A DNA stretch of 64,000 nt from Thermoanaerobaculia bacterium (GTDB lineage: Bacteria; Acidobacteriota; Thermoanaerobaculia; Multivoradales; UBA5704). Below the pieces are notes generated by a model. It worked only from the letters and a program-made list of their open reading frames with translations. It was not told the DNA's origin and searched no databases. Numbering within the stretch: the stretch's first letter is position 1; the number at the start of each line of letters is the position of its first letter. The DNA lies in the NCBI GenBank assembly GCA_035995205.1, contig DASYKS010000102.1, forward strand, positions 3,069-67,068, given 5' to 3'. This document shows, in pieces, positions 9,496 to 18,546 of the stretch. The position numbers and the translations under genes are program-made.

Positions 9496-10248
9496 TCAGC
9501 TCGGCGGCGGCTCGGGCAGCCGGTCGGCTGTCGCGACGACCAGCGAGATGGCGTCCTGGTGGCTCACCGGATGCCCCGCGAGCGGGAACTGGCGGAGGAT
9601 CACCCCCGAGCTCACCCCTTCGTAGGGCTCGAATTTTACGCTGCCCAGGCGAAACCCCTGGCGCTCGAACGCGGGGCGGACGTCGTCGTAGTGGCGATAG
9701 ATCAGGTCCGGCATCACGTAGCGCTCGCCCGCGCTCGGCAGGGCGACCAGGAGATCGACCGGTGTCGCGGGCGGCACGGCGGCTCCGGCGGGCGGGTCCT
9801 GCTCGATCACCACGCCCGGATTGCCGGAAGCGAACACGGCGAGCGCCCGGCCCACGCCCAAACCCACCGCCCCGAGCGTGAACTGGGCCGCGGGCAGGGC
9901 GCGCCCGGTGAGTCCGGGAACGTCGATCCGCTGCGGTCCGCGCGAGGCCACGAGCTCGACCGCGCTTCCCCGTTTGACCCAGGATCCGGCGTCAGGAGAC
10001 TGGCCGGCGATCCGGCCGGCGGGCACCTGAGGGTCGTAACGGTCGGCCGTGCCTTGCTTCGGGACAAGCCCTTTCTCGCGCAGGAGATTCTCCGCTTCGA
10101 TGATCGAGAGTCCCGCGACCTTGGGCACCGTGGTGGTGCCGCTACGGACGAAGCCGCTGAACGCGAGGTAACCGCAGACGACGAACACCACCGCCACCAG
10201 GAGGGCATAGGCGATCAGGCCCGCCGAGCGGAGGATTTTGCGCCACAT
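9496..10248 (-). CDS. PASTA domain-containing membrane protein
   Basis: Likely start MWRKILRS at an internal ATG, computed as 10248. One TM helix then three PASTA-like repeats. Sits directly upstream of rpe. Confidence 0.65.
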   Translation of the reverse strand: MWRKILRSAGLIAYALLVAVVFVVCGYLAFSGFVRSGTTTVPKVAGLSIIEAENLLREKGLVPKQGTADRYDPQVPAGRIAGQSPDAGSWVKRGSAVELVASRGPQRIDVPGLTGRALPAAQFTLGAVGLGVGRALAVFASGNPGVVIEQDPPAGAAVPPATPVDLLVALPSAGERYVMPDLIYRHYDDVRPAFERQGFRLGSVKFEPYEGVSSGVILRQFPLAGHPVSHQDAISLVVATADRLPEPPPS

Positions 10249-10285
10249 GAGGTTGAGTCTACCAGCCCGCGTACAATTCCCCCCT

Positions 10286-11143
10286 ATGGCCAACCTACCC
10301 CCTCTGGGCGCCCACGTTTCGACCGCGGGAGGCATGCCGAGATCGATCGAAAACGGCTGCGCGATCTCCTGCACCGCGATTCAGGTCTTCGTGAAAAACG
10401 CCAACCAATGGCGCGGCCGATCGATTTTGGCCGAAGAGATCGCGGCGTTCCGCACCGCCCGCACGGGGAGCGCGATCGGGCCGGTGATCGCCCACGCGAG
10501 CTACCTGATCAACCTCGCGGCGACCGACCCCGAGATCCTGGAAAAATCGAAAGCTGCGCTCGCCGACGAGCTCTCCCGCTGCGCCGATCTGGGCATCGAA
10601 GGGCTCGTGCTCCATCCCGGCGCCCACCTCGGGACTGGGGAAGAGGAAGGAATCGCCCGCGCCGCGGCCTCGCTCAATGAGATCTTCGCCGGTCTGCCGG
10701 ACCGCGGCACCCGCGTCCTTCTCGAGAACACCGCCGGCCAGGGTTCGACCCTCGGCTGGCGCCTGGAGCAGCTGGAGGCGATCCGCTCCCGTCTCGCCGA
10801 GCCCGAACGTACAGGGGTTTGCCTGGACACCTGCCACGCCTTCGCCGCCGGCTACGCGATCCACGAGCCGGCCGGTTACGAGGAGTTCGCGGCCGAGGTG
10901 GCGGAGCGCTTCGGCCCGGCCCTCGGCGCGTTTCACCTGAACGACTCGGTCAAACCGTTCGCCTCGCGTCGCGACCGCCACGAGCACATCGGCGAGGGCC
11001 TGATCGGCTGCTCCGCGTTCGCCCGCCTGCTCGCCGACCCGCGTTTCGCCACCGTGCCGATGGTGCTCGAAACCGAACCGGGCGACGACCAGGCGGGCCT
11101 GCGGAAAGACCTGGAGTTGCTGCGGAGGTTGGTGTCCGTCTGA
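10286..11143 (+). CDS. nfo: deoxyribonuclease IV (endonuclease IV)
   Basis: Start MANLPPLGAHVSTAGG, computed as 10286. TIM-barrel Nfo signatures HASYLINLA, LHPGAH and HLNDS. Confidence 0.85.
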   Translation: MANLPPLGAHVSTAGGMPRSIENGCAISCTAIQVFVKNANQWRGRSILAEEIAAFRTARTGSAIGPVIAHASYLINLAATDPEILEKSKAALADELSRCADLGIEGLVLHPGAHLGTGEEEGIARAAASLNEIFAGLPDRGTRVLLENTAGQGSTLGWRLEQLEAIRSRLAEPERTGVCLDTCHAFAAGYAIHEPAGYEEFAAEVAERFGPALGAFHLNDSVKPFASRRDRHEHIGEGLIGCSAFARLLADPRFATVPMVLETEPGDDQAGLRKDLELLRRLVSV

Positions 11144-11147
11144 GGGG

Positions 11148-12686
11148 TCAGCGCCCCCTGATCGCCGCGGAGTAAAATCGCACCAGATCCTCATGGAGCT
11201 TTTTGTGCTCCGTGCGCTTGATGTACATCATGTGGCCGGCCTCGTAGGTCTCGATCTTCACATGGTCGCGCAGCTCCGACGGGAGCCCCATGTGCGCCAC
11301 GGTATAGCGGGCGTCGAAGTAGGGGGTGGCGAAATCGTAATAGCCGCTCGCGATCATCACGTGGAGGCCCGGATTCATAGTGATCGCCTGTCGAAGCCGT
11401 TCGGCGACGTTCGCGTACTCGTTGCCTCGCCCCCAGTTCCAGGGCTGGACCTTGCCCGTCAGGCGCTCATAGACGGCGTCCTCCTGATAGCCCAGGTCGC
11501 GGCGTAGATAGTCGTTGATTGCTCCGGCGTAGGGGCCGTCGAGGCCGACGATCGAGGGATCGAATTCCGGCTCCTCCCCGGCGGTATCGAAGTCGCGCCC
11601 GGTGAAGCGGGCGTCGATACGGCCAACGGTCTTTCCTTCGCTCCGGAGCAGCTCCTTCAAGAACCGTTGGAGCTCGATCCGCAGATTCGCCCGCTCGACG
11701 AACTCGACCGACAGCCCGGTGAGCCGGGCGAGGTGCGCAGCGATTTCGCGCCGCCGGTCCGGACTCAGGCGATCGCCCTGGAGCAGAGCGGAGGCGTAGT
11801 CGCCGAGCGCGAAGATCTCCGCTTCGGCGAGGGCCGCGTGTAGGTCCTTTTGAAGATCAGGCGCGAGGCGGCCGTGGTACCAGGCCGCCGCCGTGTAGCT
11901 CGGCACATGGATCATGTACGGGATGTCGTTGCCTGGCGCGAACTCTTGGTTCTGCCAGTTGAGCACCGTGGAGAGCAGTACGACGCCGTTCAACTGGATG
12001 CCGTACTGGTCGAGCAGGTAGTACGCGAGCCCGGCCGCCCGTGCCGTGCCGTAGCTCTCTCCGGCGACTATCTTGGGCGACGCCCATCGCTGGTTGCGCG
12101 CGAGCCAAAGGCGGATGAATTCGCCGACCGATTCAATGTCCTCATTGAGACCGTGGAACTGTTTCGGGTCCTCGCCGGGCGCCGGGCGGCTCCACCCGGT
12201 CGTCACCGGGTCGATGAACACCAGGTCGGTCACGTCGAGGATCGAATACTCGTTGTCGACCAGCCGTGCCGGGGTCGCGTATGTGAGGCCGCTGTCGTCG
12301 GTCTCGATCCGGCGAGGACCGAACGCCCCGAGATGGACCCACAGCGACGCGGCGCCCGGCCCGCCGTTAAAGCAAAACGTCACCGGGCGGGTGGCGGGAT
12401 CGCTCACTCCATCCTTGACGTAGGAGACCGAGAAGATCGACGCCTTCGCCTTGCCCGCGTCGTCGCGAATCACAAGCGTGCCGGCGGTCGCGGTGTAGGC
12501 GAGCTTTTGGCCGCCGAGCTGGATCGAGTGCTGGGTCACCGATTTCTTCTCGACCGGCGGCGGAGGCTCGGGTGCGTCCGCCTTGGGCTTCTCCGCCATC
12601 GGTTTTTGGGCCGGCTGGGCGACCGCGCCGAGGAACGGCATCGAGAGCAGCAGGGCGAAAGCGAGCAGAGGACGGGACAACGACAT
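11148..12686 (-). CDS. S10 family serine carboxypeptidase-like protein, secreted
   Basis: 512 aa. Signal peptide, then GGPGAASLW and GESYG motifs of peptidase S10. Confidence 0.75.
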   Translation of the reverse strand: MSLSRPLLAFALLLSMPFLGAVAQPAQKPMAEKPKADAPEPPPPVEKKSVTQHSIQLGGQKLAYTATAGTLVIRDDAGKAKASIFSVSYVKDGVSDPATRPVTFCFNGGPGAASLWVHLGAFGPRRIETDDSGLTYATPARLVDNEYSILDVTDLVFIDPVTTGWSRPAPGEDPKQFHGLNEDIESVGEFIRLWLARNQRWASPKIVAGESYGTARAAGLAYYLLDQYGIQLNGVVLLSTVLNWQNQEFAPGNDIPYMIHVPSYTAAAWYHGRLAPDLQKDLHAALAEAEIFALGDYASALLQGDRLSPDRRREIAAHLARLTGLSVEFVERANLRIELQRFLKELLRSEGKTVGRIDARFTGRDFDTAGEEPEFDPSIVGLDGPYAGAINDYLRRDLGYQEDAVYERLTGKVQPWNWGRGNEYANVAERLRQAITMNPGLHVMIASGYYDFATPYFDARYTVAHMGLPSELRDHVKIETYEAGHMMYIKRTEHKKLHEDLVRFYSAAIRGR

Positions 12687-12867
12687 GGCGGATCTCCTGG
12701 GGCGACAGCGGGCGGGCGGGCGCCGGGCGATGGCGGTTCGAGCCGGCTCGAATCGCCGCGGGTTCTGGTCGGTGGACTTGAGACTCTACGCGCGATTCAC
12801 GCCCGGGTTGCGCCTTCCCGGAGGGCGCCGGAGCGATTCATCCCGCCCTCGCCATGCCTGGCGTATC

Positions 12868-12905
12868 TCGTGCTTGACAATCCGCCTGGGCGGGTTCATC
12901 TTTGC
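12868..12905 (+). promoter_or_regulatory. putative lon promoter (CTTGACA, ~17 nt spacer, then a weak CATCTT-like -10; possibly sigma32-like)
   Basis: CTTGACAATCCGCCTGGGCGGGTTCATCTTTG lies ~160 nt upstream of the lon start. Pattern match only. Confidence 0.25.
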
Positions 12906-13067
12906 CTTCCGGGACCTGCGTCCGTCAATGTATGAGCACTGCAAGCTAAGATCTTTGACGAGAAGGAATAACACCAGAGTCCCCGCCGTTCCAAGCTCTA
13001 CGCGGCGCTCCGAAGGTTGCGCGCCACCTTGGCAGACCTCGAACCGGAGGTCAGGGAGTTACCAGAG

Positions 13068-15638
13068 ATGTCCGAGCGCATGAATCTTCCCGTCCTGCCG
13101 ATGCGGGACTTTGTCCTGTTCCCCGGGGTCACCGCGCCGATCAACGCCGGCAAGCCCGCCACCCTCCGCGCGATCGAAGCCGCGATGAACACCAAGGAGC
13201 GGCTGGTCTTCGCGGTCGCGCAACGGGAGGACTCGGCCGACATCTCGGCCGAAAACCTGTACACGATCGGCACCGTCGCGCGGATCGGCCAGATTCAACG
13301 CGGCCTGGCCGGGATGCAGCTGTTGGTCCACGGCGACCACCGCGGCATCGCGATGCGGATCTACGAGCGTGACGGTCATCTCCAGGCGGTCGTTCGCGAA
13401 GCGGACGAGATGGCGCCGATCGACTCGAACGATCCCGCGTTCGTCGCCCTGTTCCGCGAGGCCCGCGAACGCGCCGCCGAGCTGGGTATGAAGTCCGGTC
13501 TGCCCGAAGAAGTCGTGCAGCAGGTGCTCGCCGGAGCGAACGATCCGAGCCGGCTTTCCGACCTGGTCGCGGCCTATACCGAGCTCGCTCCGCAGCAGCG
13601 CCAGAGCCTGCTCGAAACTCTGTCGGTCGAAGAGCGCCTGCGCCGCGTGCTGGTCCACGTCCAGCGCCAGCTCTCGGTGCTCGAAATGCAAGAGGACATC
13701 AAGTCCAAGGTCCAAGAGGAGCTGGGTGACCGCCAGCGCGAGATCATCCTGCGCGAGCAGCTGAAGGCGATCCAGAAAGAGCTGGGCGAAGGCGAAACCG
13801 GCGCCGAGGTCGACGAGCTGCGCGACAAGCTCCGAGCGCTCGATCTGCCCGAGACCGTACGCAAAGAGGTCGATCGCGAGCTTGGCAGGCTCGGCCGGAT
13901 GGGGCGCGAGGGGATGGAATCGCAGGTGATCCGCACCTACCTCGAAACGATCGCCGAGCTGCCCTGGAACGTCCGGAGCGACGAGCATCTGGACATCCAG
14001 CACGCGGCTGATCTGCTCGAAGAGGACCACTACGCGCTCGGCGACGTCAAGGACCGGGTGCTCGAATTCCTCGCCGTCCGCCAGCTGCGCGAAACCGTGC
14101 GGCTTGCCGCGCTGGAAGCGGAAAAAGAGGCGGAAGAAGTTGCGCAGCCGGTGGCGGCGACGCCGGATGACGGCGAGGCCGCTCCTCAGGCGACGGACGG
14201 AGCGCAGGCCGCGCCGACCGCCTCGACCCCCGCCCCAGGCCTCGACGAGAAAGAGGCGAAGCGCCGGGCGAAAGGACCGATCCTGCTGTTCGTCGGACCG
14301 CCGGGCGTCGGTAAGACCTCGGTCGCCAAATCGATCGCCCGAGCGATGGGGCGGAAGTACGTGCGTATCGCCTTGGGCGGCGTGCGAGACGAGGCCGACA
14401 TTCGCGGCCACCGGCGGACCTACGTCGGCGCGATGCCCGGCCGGATCCTCCAGGGCATGAAGCAGGTCGGCGTCACCAACCCGGTGTTCCTGCTCGACGA
14501 GGTCGACAAGCTCGGCGCCTCGTTCCAGGGCGATCCCTCCTCCGCCCTGCTCGAAGTGCTCGATCCGGCGCAGAACGATTCGTTCACGGACCACTACCTG
14601 GGGGTGCCGTTCGATCTCTCCGAGGTCTTGTTCATCGCGACCGCGAACTTCATCCAGAACATCCCCGGGCCGTTGCTCGACCGGATGGAGGTGGTCGATT
14701 TCTCGGGCTACACCGAAGCGGAGAAGAAGGCGATCGCGGAGCGGTTCTTGATCCCTCGCCAACTCGAAGCCAACGGCCTGCGGTCCGATCAGTTCGAGCT
14801 CGCACCCGAGGCGCTCGCCACGTTGATCAGCGGCTACACCCGCGAGGCCGGCGTGCGCCAGCTGGAGCGGGAGATCGGCCGGCTGGCGAGGAAGGTCGCG
14901 CGGAAGATCGCGAGCGGCGAGCTACCGAAAGCGACCGTCGGCGCCGCCGAAGTGCGCGATCTCCTCGGCCGGCCGAAGGTCCACCCGGAGCGCGCGTTCC
15001 GCGCCGACCAGGTGGGAGTGGCGACCGGCATGTACTACACGCCCGTAGGTGGAGACATCATGTTCGTCGAGGCCTCGACCATGAAGGGCAAGGGCGAGCT
15101 GGTGCTGACCGGCCAGCTCGGCGACGTGATGAAGGAATCGGCTCGCGCCGCCTGGACCTACGCCCGTTCGCACGCCGCGAGTCTGGGGATCGACGAGGAG
15201 GCGTTCGCCACGCGGGACGTTCACGTCCACGTTCCGGCGGGCGCGATTCCGAAGGACGGCCCTTCGGCGGGAGTCACCATGGCGACCGCCCTGGTCTCGG
15301 CGCTGTCGAACCGGCCGGCGCGCTTCGATCTCGCGATGACCGGCGAGATCACGCTGGCTGGCCGGGTTCTGCCGATCGGCGGAGTGAAGGAAAAGGTGCT
15401 CGGCGCGGTCCGCTCCGGCATTCGCACCATCCTGCTGCCGAAGGACAATGAGGGCGACCTCGACGATCTGCCGAAAGAGGTCCGCGATCTGCTGGAGATC
15501 CATCCGGTGGCCGAGCTGGGCGACGTGCTCGCGCTCACCCTGCGTGGTGCGACGTTCAGCGAAGGGCGGCTCTCGTTCGCGCCGCCGGGCGGGATCGGCG
15601 AGCCCGAGATCGTGGCACCCGCCGACAGCCTCCACTAA
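13068..15638 (+). CDS. lon: ATP-dependent protease Lon (La)
   Basis: N-terminal LON domain (LPVLPMRDFVLFPGV), AAA+ Walker A (GPPGVGKTS) and C-terminal protease domain with catalytic Ser (PKDGPSAG). Start at an internal ATG with AGGGAG about 9 nt upstream. Confidence 0.95.
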   Translation: MSERMNLPVLPMRDFVLFPGVTAPINAGKPATLRAIEAAMNTKERLVFAVAQREDSADISAENLYTIGTVARIGQIQRGLAGMQLLVHGDHRGIAMRIYERDGHLQAVVREADEMAPIDSNDPAFVALFREARERAAELGMKSGLPEEVVQQVLAGANDPSRLSDLVAAYTELAPQQRQSLLETLSVEERLRRVLVHVQRQLSVLEMQEDIKSKVQEELGDRQREIILREQLKAIQKELGEGETGAEVDELRDKLRALDLPETVRKEVDRELGRLGRMGREGMESQVIRTYLETIAELPWNVRSDEHLDIQHAADLLEEDHYALGDVKDRVLEFLAVRQLRETVRLAALEAEKEAEEVAQPVAATPDDGEAAPQATDGAQAAPTASTPAPGLDEKEAKRRAKGPILLFVGPPGVGKTSVAKSIARAMGRKYVRIALGGVRDEADIRGHRRTYVGAMPGRILQGMKQVGVTNPVFLLDEVDKLGASFQGDPSSALLEVLDPAQNDSFTDHYLGVPFDLSEVLFIATANFIQNIPGPLLDRMEVVDFSGYTEAEKKAIAERFLIPRQLEANGLRSDQFELAPEALATLISGYTREAGVRQLEREIGRLARKVARKIASGELPKATVGAAEVRDLLGRPKVHPERAFRADQVGVATGMYYTPVGGDIMFVEASTMKGKGELVLTGQLGDVMKESARAAWTYARSHAASLGIDEEAFATRDVHVHVPAGAIPKDGPSAGVTMATALVSALSNRPARFDLAMTGEITLAGRVLPIGGVKEKVLGAVRSGIRTILLPKDNEGDLDDLPKEVRDLLEIHPVAELGDVLALTLRGATFSEGRLSFAPPGGIGEPEIVAPADSLH

Positions 15639-15658
15639 GAGGGAAACCGCTTCGTCCC

Positions 15659-15704
15659 TCCGGCCGGTTCGGGCTCACCCCCGGACCGGCCGTTTTCTTT
15701 TCTC
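15659..15704 (+). terminator. rho-independent terminator downstream of lon
   Basis: GGCCGGTTCGGG/CCCGGACCGGCC hairpin followed by TTTTCTTTTCTC. Confidence 0.5.
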
Positions 15705-15816
15705 GCGCTTTCCCGGCTTCGGCCTCCCGCACGCCCTGCTAAACTGAGGCGCTCGCCGTCGGTCCGGATCGAGTCGATTCCGGACCTGGACCTTCTCGCC
15801 AGGGAGTCTCCCCGCA

Positions 15817-18546
15817 ATGATTCGACCCCTCATCGCCTCGCGGCTCGGCCGGTTCGCGCGTCCTGCGCTCCTCGCATCTGTTGCGCTCGTCGTGCTCGCA
15901 GCGTTCTCCTTGCTCGATTCCGGTCCGGTCTTGGCGCAGCTGCCCTCCTCGTTTTCGCCGCTCGAATCCGCCTCGACCGGCGGCTACGCCGCGCTCGACC
16001 GGGCGCTCGCCCGCCTCGCGGTTCATGAACGGGTGCTGGTGATCGCCGCCCATCCGGACGACGAGGACACGTCGCTTCTCACCCTGGTTGCCCGCGGCTT
16101 CGGCGGCGAGGCCGGGTACCTCGCGCTGTCGCGCGGCGAGGGGGGCCAGAATCTGATCGGCCCGGAGCTGGGGATTGGCTTGGGGCTGATCCGCTCGCGC
16201 GAGCTGCTCGCCGCCCGCCGGGTGGACGGGGCGCGCCAGTTCTTCACCCGCGCGTTCGACTTCGGCTACACCCGCTCGATCGACGAGACCTTCCGCTTCT
16301 GGCCGAAGGACGAGATGCTCGAAGACGCGGTGCGCGTCGTCCGCCGCTTTCGCCCGCAGGTGATCGTCTCGATCTTTCCCGGCGAGCCGCACCCTAACCA
16401 CGGCCAGCACCAGGTCGCCGGCTGGACCGCCTACCAGGCCTACCGGGCCGCGGGTGACGGCGCGTTCGCCGGCCTCGCGGGCGAGGATCTGCCGCCCTGG
16501 CAACCCGTGACGCTCTACCGTTCCACCTGGTTCGAGGACAAGGAGGCGACGGTCAAGCTGTCGATCGCGCCGATCGACCCGGTGACCGGCAAGTCGATCC
16601 TCCAGCTCGCCGCGGCGAGCCGCAGCCAGCACCGATCGCAGGACATGGGGCGCACCCAGGATCTTGGGCCCCGCGAGACCTCCGTCTCCTGGGTGGCAGG
16701 GGGCAGCGGTAAAGAGGGTGCCGGTCTGTTCGCGGGAGTCGATACCCGTCTTTCGGCGATCGCCTCCGGGCTGCCGCAGGGCGAGCCCCGGCGGAAGATC
16801 GAAGAGAAGCTCACCGCCGTCCAGGCGACCGCCGAGCAGCTGCGCCGGACGCTCAGTCCGTCGCGGATGGGCGACGCGGTCGCTCCGCTCGCCCGCTCGC
16901 TTGCCGACCTCGCCGCCGCGCGCGGTCTGCTCGGATCGAGCTTGAGCACGGGGCCTGAGCGGGCGGCGGCGGATTTCCTGGACGAGAAGATCGCGATCGC
17001 GAACGAGGCGCTCGCCGCAGCCGCCGGAGTCGCGTTCGACGCCTGGACCGAGCGGGAGACCTACGTCGCGGGAGAGACGGTCGGAGTCGCGGCGAACCTC
17101 TGGAATGCGGGAGGGGCCGCGGAGAGCCGGGGGCTCGAAAACGCCCAGGTGACGCTCACCTCTTCCGGCGATTGGGGCGGTACCGAGGTCGCGGGCGAAG
17201 CGAAGGATCTTGCGGCCGGCGTGCTCGGCGAATGGAAGATCGGCATCGCCATACCGGCCGCCACGGCGCCGACGATTCCTTATTTCCTCCGGCGGCCGAT
17301 GAACGGCGCGCTCTACGATTGGAGCGAGGCGCCCGCGGCGGTTCGCGGCGAGCCGTTCGACCCGGCGCCGCTCTCCGCGCGGGCGACGTTTCGCCTCGCG
17401 GGAGTCGACGTTTCCCTGGTGCGCGAAGTCGTCTTGCGGGTGCGCGATCAGGCGCTCGGCGAGATTCGCCGGCCTCTCCGCGTGGTGCCGGCGGTCGAGG
17501 TCGCGATCGAGCAGGACCGGCTGGTCTGGCCGTTGCCGAAAGGCGCCGTCGCAGCCAAAGCCAAGGCTCCGGCCGAGGGGCGCACGGTCCGGGTGGAGCT
17601 GATTTCCCGCTCTCGAAATCCGATCACCGGAGAGCTGCAAGCGACGCTTCCCGCGCCCTGGAAGGCGATCGCGCCGATTCCGTTTTCGTTCGCTCAGGAG
17701 GGCGAGAAGAAAGCGGTCGAAGTGAAGCTCTCTCTGCCGAAGGATCTGCCGGCCGGGGTCTACCCTCTGGCGCTCGCGGCGCAAATCGAAGGGGGCGCGC
17801 GGATCGACCTCGCGGTGCCCACGATCGAATACCCGCACATCCGTCCGACGCCGATGCCGCGCCGCGCCCAGATCGAGATCCGCGCGCTCGACCTCGCGCT
17901 GCCCCACCTCGATCGCGTGGGCTACATCCGCGGCGCGTCCGACCGGGTACCCGAGGCGCTCCGTCAGGTCGGCGTGCCGATCGAGCTGCTCGGCGCCGCC
18001 GAGCTGGCCGAGGGGGATCTCTCCCGCTACGACGCGATCGTGGTCGGCAGCCGAGCCTACGAATCGGAACCCGCGCTTGGCCCCGCCAATCCGCGCCTGC
18101 TCGACTACGCCCGCGGTGGGGGCCTGCTGATCGTCCAGTACCAGCAGTATCCGTTCGTCGACGGCAAATTCGCCCCGTTTCCCTTCGACATCGCACGGCC
18201 CCACGACCGGGTGACCGATGAGACCGCACCGGTCCGCCTGCTCGATCCGGCGAGCCCCGTCTTCACCACCCCGAACGCGATCGGCGCCGCCGATTGGCAA
18301 GGCTGGGTGCAGGAGCGCGGCCTCTATTTCGCCCATACCTGGGATCCGGCCTACACGCCGCTGCTCGCGATGACCGACCCGGGCGAGCCCGAACAGCAGG
18401 GCGGCCTCCTGATCGCGAAGCTCGGCCAGGGCACCTACGTCTACTCCGGAATCGCGTTTTTCCGCCAGCTGCCGGCAGGCGTGCCGGGCGGCTTCCGCCT
18501 GTTCGCAAACCTGCTCGGCCTCGCGCGGCCGAACCGCGCGCAGTGA
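15817..18546 (+). CDS. PIG-L family deacetylase fused to a large C-terminal ThuA/GATase1-like domain; exported
   Basis: 909 aa. Signal peptide; AHPDDE motif of LmbE/PIG-L deacetylases near the N-terminus. The C-terminal ~250 aa resemble a class-I glutamine-amidotransferase-like/ThuA fold (tentative). Confidence 0.7.
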   Translation: MIRPLIASRLGRFARPALLASVALVVLAAFSLLDSGPVLAQLPSSFSPLESASTGGYAALDRALARLAVHERVLVIAAHPDDEDTSLLTLVARGFGGEAGYLALSRGEGGQNLIGPELGIGLGLIRSRELLAARRVDGARQFFTRAFDFGYTRSIDETFRFWPKDEMLEDAVRVVRRFRPQVIVSIFPGEPHPNHGQHQVAGWTAYQAYRAAGDGAFAGLAGEDLPPWQPVTLYRSTWFEDKEATVKLSIAPIDPVTGKSILQLAAASRSQHRSQDMGRTQDLGPRETSVSWVAGGSGKEGAGLFAGVDTRLSAIASGLPQGEPRRKIEEKLTAVQATAEQLRRTLSPSRMGDAVAPLARSLADLAAARGLLGSSLSTGPERAAADFLDEKIAIANEALAAAAGVAFDAWTERETYVAGETVGVAANLWNAGGAAESRGLENAQVTLTSSGDWGGTEVAGEAKDLAAGVLGEWKIGIAIPAATAPTIPYFLRRPMNGALYDWSEAPAAVRGEPFDPAPLSARATFRLAGVDVSLVREVVLRVRDQALGEIRRPLRVVPAVEVAIEQDRLVWPLPKGAVAAKAKAPAEGRTVRVELISRSRNPITGELQATLPAPWKAIAPIPFSFAQEGEKKAVEVKLSLPKDLPAGVYPLALAAQIEGGARIDLAVPTIEYPHIRPTPMPRRAQIEIRALDLALPHLDRVGYIRGASDRVPEALRQVGVPIELLGAAELAEGDLSRYDAIVVGSRAYESEPALGPANPRLLDYARGGGLLIVQYQQYPFVDGKFAPFPFDIARPHDRVTDETAPVRLLDPASPVFTTPNAIGAADWQGWVQERGLYFAHTWDPAYTPLLAMTDPGEPEQQGGLLIAKLGQGTYVYSGIAFFRQLPAGVPGGFRLFANLLGLARPNRAQ